Assembly: GCA_017302045.1 (NCBI GenBank) | Contig: JAFLED010000001.1 | Coordinates: 943-49,360 of the forward strand | Reading direction: 5' to 3' | Length of the DNA stretch: 48,418 nt | From: Spirochaetota bacterium | Lineage (GTDB): Bacteria; Spirochaetota; Leptospiria; Turneriellales; Turneriellaceae | Shown: piece by piece, positions 36,114 to 46,146 of the stretch | How positions within the stretch are numbered: the first letter of the stretch is position 1 | How the letters are laid out: each line of letters starts with the position of its first letter | The notes under the pieces: generated by a model | Databases searched by the model: none | What the model saw: the letters and a program-made list of their open reading frames with translations, nothing else | What the model was told of the DNA's origin: nothing | Program-made: the position numbers and the translations under genes

Positions 36114-36712
36114 AACTCTCCTTTTAGCGTTGTTCCGGATGCGATGAGTGCTGCGAGCTGGCGTACGCTCGCAAGAATTTCATTCTCGAGTAAATCGCTG
36201 TCGATCAGGTGCCGGCTGGTCGCAATGCCGGTCATGAGAAAAATTACACCGTGCGCCGCAGTGCGCAGCATCTTTGTCTCTTCGTCGGGAAAAAGCCGCA
36301 CCAGCAACCGGTCGATGTTGCGGCCATGCGCAGTCACGGCGGGCTGAATTCCGGTGCGCAGTTCTTCGTCGGCAGAGGCCTCGGCATAGAGCCTCGAGAC
36401 CGCGGTGAAGTCGGGGGACTTATACCATTCCCACAGATCGTTGATGAGTTTTTCGAGGCTTGGCTTTTTAGAGCGATCCATCAGGGCGTTAAAATCGCCC
36501 ATAACTTTATCCAACAGGTAATAGGTTGCACCCACAACCGCAGCCAGCTTTGTGGGGTAGTACCGGAAGAGAGCACCCTGCGACAGGCCCGCCTCGCGCA
36601 CAATGTCACCCGTGGTTAAGCGGCTAAAGCCTTTATTAACTATGACTTTCACTGTTGCGAGGTGCAGTTTTTCAAGGGTTTCTGTACGCCGTTGGGTCTG
36701 CGTCTTCGCCAC
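36101..36712 (-). CDS. TetR/AcrR-family regulator
   Basis: TQTQRRTET...GFSRLTTGDIVREAGLSQGALFRYYPTK. Confidence 0.9.
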   Translation of the reverse strand: MAKTQTQRRTETLEKLHLATVKVIVNKGFSRLTTGDIVREAGLSQGALFRYYPTKLAAVVGATYYLLDKVMGDFNALMDRSKKPSLEKLINDLWEWYKSPDFTAVSRLYAEASADEELRTGIQPAVTAHGRNIDRLLVRLFPDEETKMLRTAAHGVIFLMTGIATSRHLIDSDLLENEILASVRQLAALIASGTTLKGELWNK

Positions 36713-36737
36713 GGCACATAGTTAATAACTTTAACAT

Positions 36738-36751
36738 AGTGACTAGTCACT
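36738..36751. promoter_or_regulatory. Perfect 14-bp palindrome, probable TetR operator
   Basis: AGTGACTAGTCACT between the divergent TetR and hydrolase genes. Confidence 0.65.
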
Positions 36752-36823
36752 TTTTATTTTTAATTTGACGACTTGTTCAGGTTCAATATTTCAGGTTTGG
36801 ATATCCCAAATCCAAGGAGTTCT

Positions 36824-37633
36824 ATGAAAGTCCGCAAGCCCAGCTTTGATCTATCTGCCGTCTCACGCTACAACTTTGGCGATAATGCCGTGGCGACGCA
36901 CCTGCTCAACAGCTTTCACGTCATCGTCCCGATTGGCGAGCTGTACTTTATCCGTTCTGTGCGGCCGTTTCTCAAAGAGGCGAAGTCAAACGAACTCAAG
37001 AGTCGCCTGAAATCTTTTATCGGGCAAGAAAGTGTGCACGATCAGGTACACCGCCAGGTATGGAATAAACTACGCGACCAGGGATTACCCGTGGATTCAT
37101 TCGCGCGCTTTTTCTCCGATGTCGTTATTAAGCACAGCGAATCTCTTTATAACCGTATCTTCGGTGCGAAGGCTTCGCTTTCGGCTACGGTTGCCTTCGA
37201 ACACTATACTGCCGCGCTCGCCGATACCCTGTTTACACCGGGCTCGAGGCTGCGGGCGTCTATGGAAGGCGCGATGGGTGATCTTTGGTCGTGGCATGCC
37301 GCCGAAGAGCTCGAGCACAAATCGGTGGCATTCGATCTTCTCAAAGATGTCGACGACAACTACCTCTTACGCTCGGCGGGCATGGCCGTAGCTACCTCGC
37401 TGTTAACATTCTTCACTTTCTTCGGCGCCGCTTGGTTTATCGCGGGCGACAAAGAACTTTCCCTCGAACGGCTGTCGCGCGACTTGTGGAACCTCAATAG
37501 TGTTATCGGTGAAGTCTGGCCATCACTTGCAAACCATATTGCCGATTATCTGCGGCCGGATTTCCATCCCGATCAGAAAGAAAATTATTCCCTCGCAGCA
37601 GCGGCGCTTGCTGAATTAAAGCTTGCGGGTTAA
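36824..37633 (+). CDS. Predicted metal-dependent hydrolase (ferritin-like ExxH family)
   Basis: PIGELYFIRSV, FIGQESVHDQVH, EHYTA, WHAAEELEHKSVAFD; AAGGAG RBS before ATG 36824. Confidence 0.85.
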   Translation: MKVRKPSFDLSAVSRYNFGDNAVATHLLNSFHVIVPIGELYFIRSVRPFLKEAKSNELKSRLKSFIGQESVHDQVHRQVWNKLRDQGLPVDSFARFFSDVVIKHSESLYNRIFGAKASLSATVAFEHYTAALADTLFTPGSRLRASMEGAMGDLWSWHAAEELEHKSVAFDLLKDVDDNYLLRSAGMAVATSLLTFFTFFGAAWFIAGDKELSLERLSRDLWNLNSVIGEVWPSLANHIADYLRPDFHPDQKENYSLAAAALAELKLAG

Positions 37634-38367
37634 TCGCCCGCAGGCATCAGTTTGTAGATGCGGTTTGCAGCACGGGTAATGCGCGGCGCCCAGCGGTTGA
37701 TTTTAGCCTCCATCGCGTCATAGGGCTTCCACTCTCTGCGCCGCCGCAGAAAGAGTTCGGTCGACCTGCGGTCGGCGAAAAGTTTGTAATCGAACTTCGC
37801 GTTGCCGCGGCAAAGATAGCCCATATAATAATAGTCGTAACCCCGCTGCAGCGCGTATTCAATTTCGGCGAGAAAGAGGTATTTACCGGGACTGACAGCC
37901 GCATATTGCGGGTCGTAAAAATGCAGGATGCCTGTGTTGGTTTTCTCGCCGACATCGAAATAGCCGACGGCAATCAGACGCTCGCCATCGCGCAGTTCGA
38001 TGAGCCGGGAGTCGAAGGCATTGTTGCTGCCGTTCCCCAAAAGGTATTCCGCAACCGAATCGGACATCCAGAAATCGATACTGGCGCGGTAGGTTTGGTA
38101 GAGGCTTTCGATTTCTTCGGTAATGGCGAAAGGCTTAATCTCGAGCCGGTACGGCGCATTTTTCGCCGCGATCCGTTTTGCCGCGCGCGAGGGCTTATAA
38201 CGCCCCAAATCGATGCGCAGCCAGAATACCGGTACAAGTGTGTCGCCGTTGGTAATCAGATCGGTGGTGATAAAACTCTGGGCGATGCGGTACCAGCCTC
38301 GCGCAAGGCCTTCGTCGAGCAAGCGGCCATCCATCTTTTCGGGATAAAAGGTCTGGTAATAAATCAT
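37630..38367 (-). CDS. Arginyl/leucyl-tRNA-protein transferase (ATE/Bpt-like)
   Basis: LARGWYR; LIAVGYFDVG; HFYDP.YA..SPGKY...EI; YYYMGY...FDYK. Confidence 0.75.
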   Translation of the reverse strand: MIYYQTFYPEKMDGRLLDEGLARGWYRIAQSFITTDLITNGDTLVPVFWLRIDLGRYKPSRAAKRIAAKNAPYRLEIKPFAITEEIESLYQTYRASIDFWMSDSVAEYLLGNGSNNAFDSRLIELRDGERLIAVGYFDVGEKTNTGILHFYDPQYAAVSPGKYLFLAEIEYALQRGYDYYYMGYLCRGNAKFDYKLFADRRSTELFLRRRREWKPYDAMEAKINRWAPRITRAANRIYKLMPAGD

Positions 38368-39233
38368 GGATTCGTTTTACGTCTTTCGGCACCGAGTTCA
38401 GACCAGACAACGCCGGCAGTTACGACGGCCGCCCCAAGAATGGCCCTCGCACTCGCGGGCTCAAGACGCAACAAGACCGCATAGAGCGTCGCGAACACCG
38501 GCTCAAGCGCGAAAATGACCCCCGCGCGCGCAGGGGTTGTCTGCGGCTGATAGCGCATCTGCAGCATGACGACGAATACCGTGCCAGGAACAATCAGGTA
38601 GAGCATGGCGCCGAAGAATGCCGGTTCATCGCCGATACGGAATTTTTCCGTGAAAACCAGCGGCAACGCCAACAGCGCAACGGTAAAACTTTGCACGACA
38701 GAAAGCAGGCCGCGCGTTTCGGGGGTGCTCCAACGATCGACACCGATAATGTAAGCGCTGAAAGCGACGGCGCAGCCGAGCGTGAGCCAGTCGCCGCGAT
38801 TCCATTCGGGAAATCCCGCGGGCGAGGTTAGCAGATAAAGTCCGGCGATGACGATCGCCGCGCCGGTGAGCGTCGATACTCCCGGGCGTTTGCGATAGAG
38901 AAGAAACGCGAGCAGCGGTGTGAAAAGTACGAGAGTCTCAGTGAGAAACGCCGAGCGCGACGTGGTGGTGTATTGTAGACCGAGCGTCTGTAAACCAAAG
39001 CCCGCGAAAAAAGTGAAGCCGAGTAAAACGCCGCGCAGAATAACACGGTGGGATATCCCCCGCCAGGCACGCAGGTGAATTAGCGCAAATAAAGTTCCCG
39101 CCGTGGCGAATCGGCTGGCAACGATAAACCAAGGTTCTGCATACGCGAGCGCGACTTTCACCGAGGCAAAGGTGCCGCCCCAGATAACGGTGCACAGCAC
39201 GAGCATGAATTCAGGGTGGTTCTTCAGTTTCAC
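38364..39233 (-). CDS. DMT/EamA-family transporter
   Basis: IWGGTF..VK...RF; QTLGLQYTT.SRSAFLT; GDWLTL; IFALEPVFA. Confidence 0.9.
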   Translation of the reverse strand: MKLKNHPEFMLVLCTVIWGGTFASVKVALAYAEPWFIVASRFATAGTLFALIHLRAWRGISHRVILRGVLLGFTFFAGFGLQTLGLQYTTTSRSAFLTETLVLFTPLLAFLLYRKRPGVSTLTGAAIVIAGLYLLTSPAGFPEWNRGDWLTLGCAVAFSAYIIGVDRWSTPETRGLLSVVQSFTVALLALPLVFTEKFRIGDEPAFFGAMLYLIVPGTVFVVMLQMRYQPQTTPARAGVIFALEPVFATLYAVLLRLEPASARAILGAAVVTAGVVWSELGAERRKTNP

Positions 39234-39243
39234 GCGGCAGAAA

Positions 39244-41937
39244 TCAGCCGACAGTCGCTTTCTTGAGCTCGACGCTGAGCAGCGTGCTCACGCCGGGTTC
39301 GTTCATCGTCACACCATAGAGCACGTCGGCCTTGCCCATGGTCTTTTTGTTGTGCGTGATGAGAATAAACTGCGTGTTCTGCGCAAACGTATCGAGCAGT
39401 GTGAGAAACCGGCCGACATTCTGTTCGTCGAGCGGCGCGTCGATCTCGTCGAGCACGCAGAATGGCGACGAGCGCACCATATAAATCGCGAACATGAGCG
39501 CGATTGCGGTCATGGCCTTTTCGCCACCCGACATGAGGCGCATCGATTTGGTTTTTTTTCCGGGCGGAGTAGCCTCGATTTCGATACCACTCGTCAGAGG
39601 CTTATCGGGTTCGAGTAGCTCGAGACGGGCTTGCCCGCCATTGAACAGTTTGCCGAAGATATCGGCGAAGTTATTATTGATCTGCGCGAATGACTCGCTG
39701 AACAGCGTCTCCGATTTCTGCTGAATCTCGAGCATCACTTTTTCGATATCGGCGCGCGCTTTGAGAATGTCGTCGACCTGCGCCTGCTGGTGGTCGTACA
39801 TTTCTTTAATATGCCGGTGCTGTTCGATTGCCAGCTGGTTGATTTGGCCCAGCGCAGAGATCGAGCGCTGCAGATCGGTAAGTTTGTCTTTTTCGTCTGC
39901 CAGGGTCAGTCGCCCCGAAGTAAACTGGCCAGAGAGTTCTTGCCAGCTGAGCGCATAATCGTTGTAAATATTCTGCAGCATCAGATCGCGCGTGCCGTTC
40001 ATGGCGCCGATTTTACCTTCGAGCTCGCTCACCGCGACAAAGACCTCGTCTGTTTTACCCGATTCGCGTTTCATCGTATCGACGAGTTCTCGCCGTTTTT
40101 CGTCGACTTTCTGCAGGTCTTTTTCGATGCCTGCAATGCGTTGACTTTCTTTTTCGATGCTGCTTTTCAGCTTTTCGACTTCGCGGACGAGGTTCTTTTG
40201 TTCTTGCGTCAGCTGCACCACCGAACGGTCGACTTCGGTAAACTGTGCACGTACGAAACCCATATTGGTTTCTTCGTTCGTAATCTGCTGCGCGAGATTC
40301 TTTTCTTTTTCTTTAACGCTGGTAATCTGAACGTTCAGCGATTTAACATCGCCCAGCAGTTTCTCTCTCTCTTGTTTCTTCGCGGAGGCTTCTTCGGCGA
40401 GCTGCTGTTTTTTCGTCACGAGCCGCTGTTGTTCTTTACCCGCCTCGGCGAGCGTTTTTTCGAGTTTCGCGATTTCTTCGTCGAGTTCTTCTTTGCGCGA
40501 GTGCACCCCGCCTTTTTCGAAAAGAATTTCATAGAGTCCGCGGCTCATTTCGGCCAATACGCGTGCCTTTTCGCGTATTTTTGTAATATTACTCTTCGCG
40601 CCGGGGTCAGCCGCAAGCGCTTCGCAGCAGGCTTCTATGGTCTGCAATGCTTCGTCGCGGTTCTTTGCTGTTTTTTCCCAGCGATTCTTTTCGTTCTTTA
40701 ACGAGACTAAGAGTTCGCGGATTGTCTCTTCTTGTTTCGCGCTGACTTCGCCGAGGTTTTTCTCCGCCGTCTTCTTATCGCTCTCGAGTTTCTGAAAGGC
40801 CTCGTCTGCGGCTTTGGTCTCTTCGGCACATTCGTCGATACGTTTTTGCAGGCGGCTGATTTCTTTTTCGATGTCAGAGACCTTGAGATCGAGCTTCAGT
40901 GTGAACTGGTTCTGCTCTGCGGCTTCGTTTTTAAGTTCTTTGATGCGTTTTTCGAAGCGGGTAATCTGCTCTTTTAATCCTGCAAGTTGGCCAGCTAGAG
41001 TCGTCTTACGGCCTTCTTGTTCTTCGATCGTGCGGTTCAGCTGCGCAATTTTCTCGTTCGCGACCTGACTCGAAACGTCTTTTTTGTGCAGTTCTTCTTT
41101 GAGATTGCGTTCGTCTTCGTCGAGCGTGGTCAGGCGCTCTTGCATCTGTATCAGCTTCTGTTGAATCTTTTCTTTTTCGGCGTGGCGGCGCGACAGTTTC
41201 TCTTTGAGATCGTCGAGCTTTTCGTTCGCGTCGCGCACCATGAGATAGCGTATTTTGAGGTCATGGTCTTTGTATTTCGCCATCAGCGCATTGTATTCTG
41301 CGGTTTTTTTCGCCTGTTCGGCAATCGTCTTCAGTTCGCGTTCGAGCCCGCGCTGAATATCTTCAACGCGTGTCAGGTTCAGTTGCGTGTTTTCGAGGTT
41401 CTTTTCAGCTTCTTCGCGTTGCGCCTTGAAGCGGGAAATCCCCGCTGCTTCTTCGAAGATGAGGCGCCGGTCTTCAGGCTTGCTGGAGAGAATCTGGTCC
41501 ATACGACCCTGTTCCATGAAGGAGTATGATGATTTACCGATACCCGTATCGCGGAAAAGGTCTTCGATTTCTTTCAGCGCTACGCGGCTGTCGTTGATAA
41601 AATACTGGCTCTGGCCGTCGCGGTAAAGCCGCCGTCCGACCTTGACGTCGTCTGTGTCGATCTTTAAAAGACGCAGGCGATTATCGAAAGTCAGCGAAAC
41701 CTGCGCGAAGTTGGCGGCCTTGCGCGTGCTCGTGCCGGCAAAAATGACGTCTTCCATCTTTTCGCCACGCATGGTTTTGACCGATTTTTCGCCCAAAACC
41801 CATTTCATGCTGTCGAGTACGTTCGACTTGCCGCAGCCGTTCGGGCCGACGACTCCCGAAACCTGGTTCGAGAACGCGATTTTGGTTTTGTCGGCAAACG
41901 ACTTGAATCCTAAAACTTCTAGTTCTTTGAGCAGCAT
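39244..41937 (-). CDS. smc: Chromosome segregation protein SMC (short form)
   Basis: GFKSFA, Walker A GPNGCGKSN, MEQG Q-loop, MSGGEK signature, LDEIDAPLD, ITH; long coiled coils. Confidence 0.92.
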   Translation of the reverse strand: MLLKELEVLGFKSFADKTKIAFSNQVSGVVGPNGCGKSNVLDSMKWVLGEKSVKTMRGEKMEDVIFAGTSTRKAANFAQVSLTFDNRLRLLKIDTDDVKVGRRLYRDGQSQYFINDSRVALKEIEDLFRDTGIGKSSYSFMEQGRMDQILSSKPEDRRLIFEEAAGISRFKAQREEAEKNLENTQLNLTRVEDIQRGLERELKTIAEQAKKTAEYNALMAKYKDHDLKIRYLMVRDANEKLDDLKEKLSRRHAEKEKIQQKLIQMQERLTTLDEDERNLKEELHKKDVSSQVANEKIAQLNRTIEEQEGRKTTLAGQLAGLKEQITRFEKRIKELKNEAAEQNQFTLKLDLKVSDIEKEISRLQKRIDECAEETKAADEAFQKLESDKKTAEKNLGEVSAKQEETIRELLVSLKNEKNRWEKTAKNRDEALQTIEACCEALAADPGAKSNITKIREKARVLAEMSRGLYEILFEKGGVHSRKEELDEEIAKLEKTLAEAGKEQQRLVTKKQQLAEEASAKKQEREKLLGDVKSLNVQITSVKEKEKNLAQQITNEETNMGFVRAQFTEVDRSVVQLTQEQKNLVREVEKLKSSIEKESQRIAGIEKDLQKVDEKRRELVDTMKRESGKTDEVFVAVSELEGKIGAMNGTRDLMLQNIYNDYALSWQELSGQFTSGRLTLADEKDKLTDLQRSISALGQINQLAIEQHRHIKEMYDHQQAQVDDILKARADIEKVMLEIQQKSETLFSESFAQINNNFADIFGKLFNGGQARLELLEPDKPLTSGIEIEATPPGKKTKSMRLMSGGEKAMTAIALMFAIYMVRSSPFCVLDEIDAPLDEQNVGRFLTLLDTFAQNTQFILITHNKKTMGKADVLYGVTMNEPGVSTLLSVELKKATVG

Positions 41938-41942
41938 TTTGC

Positions 41943-43700
41943 TTGAAAGCGTATTCTGATTTCTTTCATCACCGCATGGCCTTGGGCGAGACCAAAGGAA
42001 AATACGCCCACTACCGTTTCGGCTACGAAGAAGGCCGGTTTTCGATTTTTGCCGGCACCGAAAAGGAAAAAGGGGTTTCGCTGGTATCGCAACGCGACCC
42101 TGTGCGCGAGGCTGAGCGCCATATCGGGCCCTTTCGGTTGAGGCCAGGCATGCTCGCCGTTGTGGCTGGTGTCAGCCATCTGCCGATGCTCGAAATGCTG
42201 GCCGAACAGCTCAAAAGCGAAGCAAGCAAAGGCGGATGGATTCTCGCTTTCGAGGCCGACACCGAACTGTACCTGGCGCTCAAAAAGAGCCGCCCCGACA
42301 TCTTTGCCGAAGTTGCCGTTATCGTACCTGAGAACCTTGCCGTGATGGCAGAGCTTGTCGAAAAGATCGACGTTGAAAATTTCGTCGGGTACCGCGTCTT
42401 CGAAAACAAAGCAGGTATCGATATTGATCCGTCTTTTTATGCCCAGACGATCGGAGATTTCAAAAAAAAACTCGCCTCGCGATTTTCAGATCTTTTTACA
42501 CGCCTCGAGTTTGAAGAACGCTGGGTATTCAATTCGCTCAGCAAACTATCGCTGATGCACAGGGCCCGCCCCGTCTCTGCACTCTTCGGTTTGGGGCGCG
42601 GCGCCGACGCGCTCATTGTTTCGACCGGGCCGTCGCTGCGCGATTCGCTCGCCGAGATCAAGGCTCAACGTGACCGGTATTTTATCGCCTGCGCCGACTC
42701 GGCATACCGCGTGTTGGTGCGTGCCGGTATCGTGCCGCACCTCGTGTTTTCTCTCGACAGTCAGGCGCACACGACAAAACATTTCGGTCTTTTGCCGCAT
42801 GGTGTAGCCGGCGATTTTCCCATTCTGGTATGCGATGCGGTTTCGAATCCCGTTGCGGCGCGCGATTGGCAGGGTGAACTGGCGATATCGTATACGGCGC
42901 AATTTCCGGACGATCGCCGTATGGTTAGCCCTGGCTGCGATTTTCTCGAAGAAGAAGGTTTTATTGCGGGTGCTGTCGGGTTGGTACCAGGCGATCTGCA
43001 ATCCGGCGGCTCTGTCGCGACCTCAATTTTCGATCTGATGCGCCTGATGGATTTTGACAGGATTATTCTCGTGGGGCAAGATCTGGCCTACACCCGGCGT
43101 GAGATCCATACACCGGGTACGCACCACACGGACGAATGGCTTGCGAAGACGACAAACCGCCTGCAGCCGCTCGAGAATATCAACGAACGTGTGATTCGCC
43201 GGCGTCACACGCGCCGCGAAACTTCGCTCACCGGCCGCCCGATAGTGACGGATTATATTCTTTCGCTATACAGAGATTGGTTCGCAACGGCGATCGATCG
43301 TCTGAATTCGGTCGTGATTGACTCACAGGGCAGCACGCAGTCGCAGAAAATTCTGAATGCGACAAAAGACGGGTTGCAGATTCCGGGTGCGCAGTCTTTT
43401 GCGCTCTCACCCGGCTCGCAATCTGCCGGAATAAATGGCGTCATTCTCGAAAAATTTCTCGCCGCAAAAACTCTGCAAATCGATGCCGCAAAGATCGAAA
43501 ACCTTTCGGGGCGCATGCAATCCGCCTTAAAAGACGAAACCTATGCAAGTGGTCTGCCGTTTCTGCGTTATGTCGGCCGCAAATTCGCCATCAAGGCAAT
43601 GCGCACGCCCGAAAATAAAGAAGCGTTGCTGAAAAAACAACGGATCAAACAGCGCAATTTTCTGAACAAAATTACTTCGAAGCTCTACCGCCATGGCTGA
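41943..43700 (+). CDS. Motility-associated factor (Maf/DUF115) glycosyltransferase-like protein
   Basis: IVSTGPSL, ACADSA, GGSVAT and IILVGQDLAY motifs; start may be ATG 41976. Confidence 0.8.
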   Translation: MKAYSDFFHHRMALGETKGKYAHYRFGYEEGRFSIFAGTEKEKGVSLVSQRDPVREAERHIGPFRLRPGMLAVVAGVSHLPMLEMLAEQLKSEASKGGWILAFEADTELYLALKKSRPDIFAEVAVIVPENLAVMAELVEKIDVENFVGYRVFENKAGIDIDPSFYAQTIGDFKKKLASRFSDLFTRLEFEERWVFNSLSKLSLMHRARPVSALFGLGRGADALIVSTGPSLRDSLAEIKAQRDRYFIACADSAYRVLVRAGIVPHLVFSLDSQAHTTKHFGLLPHGVAGDFPILVCDAVSNPVAARDWQGELAISYTAQFPDDRRMVSPGCDFLEEEGFIAGAVGLVPGDLQSGGSVATSIFDLMRLMDFDRIILVGQDLAYTRREIHTPGTHHTDEWLAKTTNRLQPLENINERVIRRRHTRRETSLTGRPIVTDYILSLYRDWFATAIDRLNSVVIDSQGSTQSQKILNATKDGLQIPGAQSFALSPGSQSAGINGVILEKFLAAKTLQIDAAKIENLSGRMQSALKDETYASGLPFLRYVGRKFAIKAMRTPENKEALLKKQRIKQRNFLNKITSKLYRHG

Positions 43701-46146
43701 AAAAGAGAGTATGGGCTTTTTTTCGCGTGCGGGGCGCAGGTTCTGGCCGTTCTGGCTCTATCATATTCGCCGTTATGCCTGGCTTGTCATGGCCCTGCTT
43801 GCCGTAACGAGTTTCATCGGCTTTCGTTATGGCCGCGAGATACGCATCGATACGAACCTGCTGCACCTTTTACCCGCAGACACCGAATCTCTGGTGCGCC
43901 TCAACAAGCTGCGCGAAGAATCTGAAATCAAGGGTTTTCTCGTGGTTTCATTCGAATCTGAAACCCCGCAAAGTGAAGATCAACTGCTGGCTGCCGCCAG
44001 AAAACTCGAAGCGGTAATTCTCGCCGATGCGTTTCTGAAAGAATCGACGAACCGGATCATCTACAAAATACCGGGTGATTTTTTGTTGCGATATTCTTTG
44101 TATTACGCCGACATCGGCGACCTGCTCAAGATCGAGGCGCGGCTTAAGAATACGATTACGCAGGCGAAACGAAAAGAAAATCCGTACCTCGAAGATCTCG
44201 AAGAGGCGGCACCCGCGCGGTTTTATATCGGCGATATTCTCAATAAATACCGCCAGCGCTATATTTCGACGAATGCCTTTATCGCCAACGATCATAAGCG
44301 CATCGCAGTACTGCTTTCGCTCAAAAAATCACCCGACGACATTGCCTTTTCATCGTCGTATCTTTCGGGCGTCAGGGAACATATTCAGCCCTTTGCGAAG
44401 CAGAATGGTTTTAAGCTGAATTTTTCCGGTCGCTACGCTTCTGATATCGAGAAACAGCGCCATCTGCAAAGCGACATTAATCAGTCGACGACCATTACGC
44501 TGCTCATTCTGGTTGCATCGCTGATCGTCTTCTTCCGTTCGCTGCGCGTGATGCTCGTGATTGGGTTGCCGGTAGCTGCTGCTCTGGGCTACACCTACCA
44601 CGCCGCTTGGTATTTTATTGGGCAAATCAGTATTATTAGTTCGTTTCTAACTTCGATTTTACTCGGCCTCGGTATCGATTACGGCATCCACCTTTTTGCG
44701 CGGTATAAGAGCGAACGTCTGCGCGGCAACGGCATGACCGAAGCGCTCGAAACGACAATGCGCAACCTTTTCCGCGGTCTCAGCTTCGGCATGATCAGTA
44801 CTGCTGCAGTGTTTCTAACCCTCAGCTTTTCGCGGTTCATCGCCTTTGCCGAGTTCGGTAAGATTGCGCTCGCGGGCATTGTCTTCTTTTTTCTTGCGTT
44901 CATCCTGTTTTTTCCGGCGCTCGTTTTTATTACGGAGAAATATTCCTTCGATACGACAGAGCCTTCGCACATGCTTGAAAAAACCCGAAAGACCCGGGGC
45001 TGGCATATTCTTATCATCGCCTGTGTCATCGGTTATGGGGTTTTTACACTCACGAAACCTCCCTTCGAATATGATTTTTTCGAGCTCGATAACAGCCTCG
45101 AAGCGCCGCTGGTGAAAGGTGGTAACGAAAGCCTCAAGGTGCTCGAAAACCGCGAGCATATGGTCATCTATGAATTTGCCGGGCTCGAAGAGCTCGCGGC
45201 CGCCGAGGCGAACATCCGTAAAAAAGCGCCGCAAATACCGGTCGAGCTGCATAGCATGCGCGACCTCATACCCGGTGACGCCGCACGCAAGCAGGCGATT
45301 CTTTCTGACATCCATGCGCTACTGCGCCAAGCAGAACTTTTTTCGCTCGTTACGGTCGACACAGAAAATCTGCGCAAGATACGCCTCGGATTACGCATGA
45401 CCGAAGCTCCGGCAGTCACGGTGGCCGATATTCCCGAAGCGTTTCGGCAGCATCTCTATAAGAATGGCAAATATTACCTCTACATTTTTCCGAAAAATGT
45501 GAAGGCTTTAAAGCGCGGCGCGCTCGATTTTGCCGCTGCTTACCGTGAAACTTGTGTCAAACTTCTGAATCCCGGCGAGGTTTGCCTGCCGCAGCAGATA
45601 CGCCGCGCCATTTCAGATCTCTATGTACTCGACGATATCTTACAGACGGTGATGTACGATCTCGTAAAAGAAATTTTTCTCATCACGATTGTTATTGCAG
45701 TCCTGGTGCTTTCGATGACGCGCCGCTTTGCCGGTATGCTGCTGATTCTTGCGCCGCTCGTCGCGGGTATTCTTGGCCTTTTTGCGCTGGTCGGCGTCTG
45801 TCACCAGATCAGCCCTTCGTGGTTATTCCAGTTCAACTATATTAACCTTCTGGCGATACCGATTCTGCTCGGGGTCGGTATCGATAACGGCATCTACCTG
45901 TATTCGCATGCGCGCGAGCTCGGGCTTTCTCAGGTGAATCATATCATGATCAGCACAGGCGGTTCGATCTTCATCTCTAACTTCACCACGGCGATGGGTT
46001 TTCTTTCGCTGACGATTTCGAGCCATGTGGGTTTAGCCTCTTTTGGATTTATCACCTTTGCCGGCATGCTGTGCGTGTTCTATTCGTACCGTGTTTTATT
46101 TCCCGCATTGGCGCGGTTTTTTGAAAAACTCGAGGCAGAAATTTGA
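43693..46146 (+). CDS. MMPL/RND-family transporter
   Basis: Two TM repeats with GLGIDYGIH and GVGIDNGIY motifs. Confidence 0.88.
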   Translation: MAEKESMGFFSRAGRRFWPFWLYHIRRYAWLVMALLAVTSFIGFRYGREIRIDTNLLHLLPADTESLVRLNKLREESEIKGFLVVSFESETPQSEDQLLAAARKLEAVILADAFLKESTNRIIYKIPGDFLLRYSLYYADIGDLLKIEARLKNTITQAKRKENPYLEDLEEAAPARFYIGDILNKYRQRYISTNAFIANDHKRIAVLLSLKKSPDDIAFSSSYLSGVREHIQPFAKQNGFKLNFSGRYASDIEKQRHLQSDINQSTTITLLILVASLIVFFRSLRVMLVIGLPVAAALGYTYHAAWYFIGQISIISSFLTSILLGLGIDYGIHLFARYKSERLRGNGMTEALETTMRNLFRGLSFGMISTAAVFLTLSFSRFIAFAEFGKIALAGIVFFFLAFILFFPALVFITEKYSFDTTEPSHMLEKTRKTRGWHILIIACVIGYGVFTLTKPPFEYDFFELDNSLEAPLVKGGNESLKVLENREHMVIYEFAGLEELAAAEANIRKKAPQIPVELHSMRDLIPGDAARKQAILSDIHALLRQAELFSLVTVDTENLRKIRLGLRMTEAPAVTVADIPEAFRQHLYKNGKYYLYIFPKNVKALKRGALDFAAAYRETCVKLLNPGEVCLPQQIRRAISDLYVLDDILQTVMYDLVKEIFLITIVIAVLVLSMTRRFAGMLLILAPLVAGILGLFALVGVCHQISPSWLFQFNYINLLAIPILLGVGIDNGIYLYSHARELGLSQVNHIMISTGGSIFISNFTTAMGFLSLTISSHVGLASFGFITFAGMLCVFYSYRVLFPALARFFEKLEAEI

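Noticed and set aside
40615-40640. Rad50-type zinc hook in SMC
   Set aside because: The motif is CC (EACCEA), not CxxC
39103-41959. Phe-rich plus-strand ORFs (39790-40701 and others)
   Set aside because: Antisense shadows of the Lys/Glu-rich SMC coiled coil
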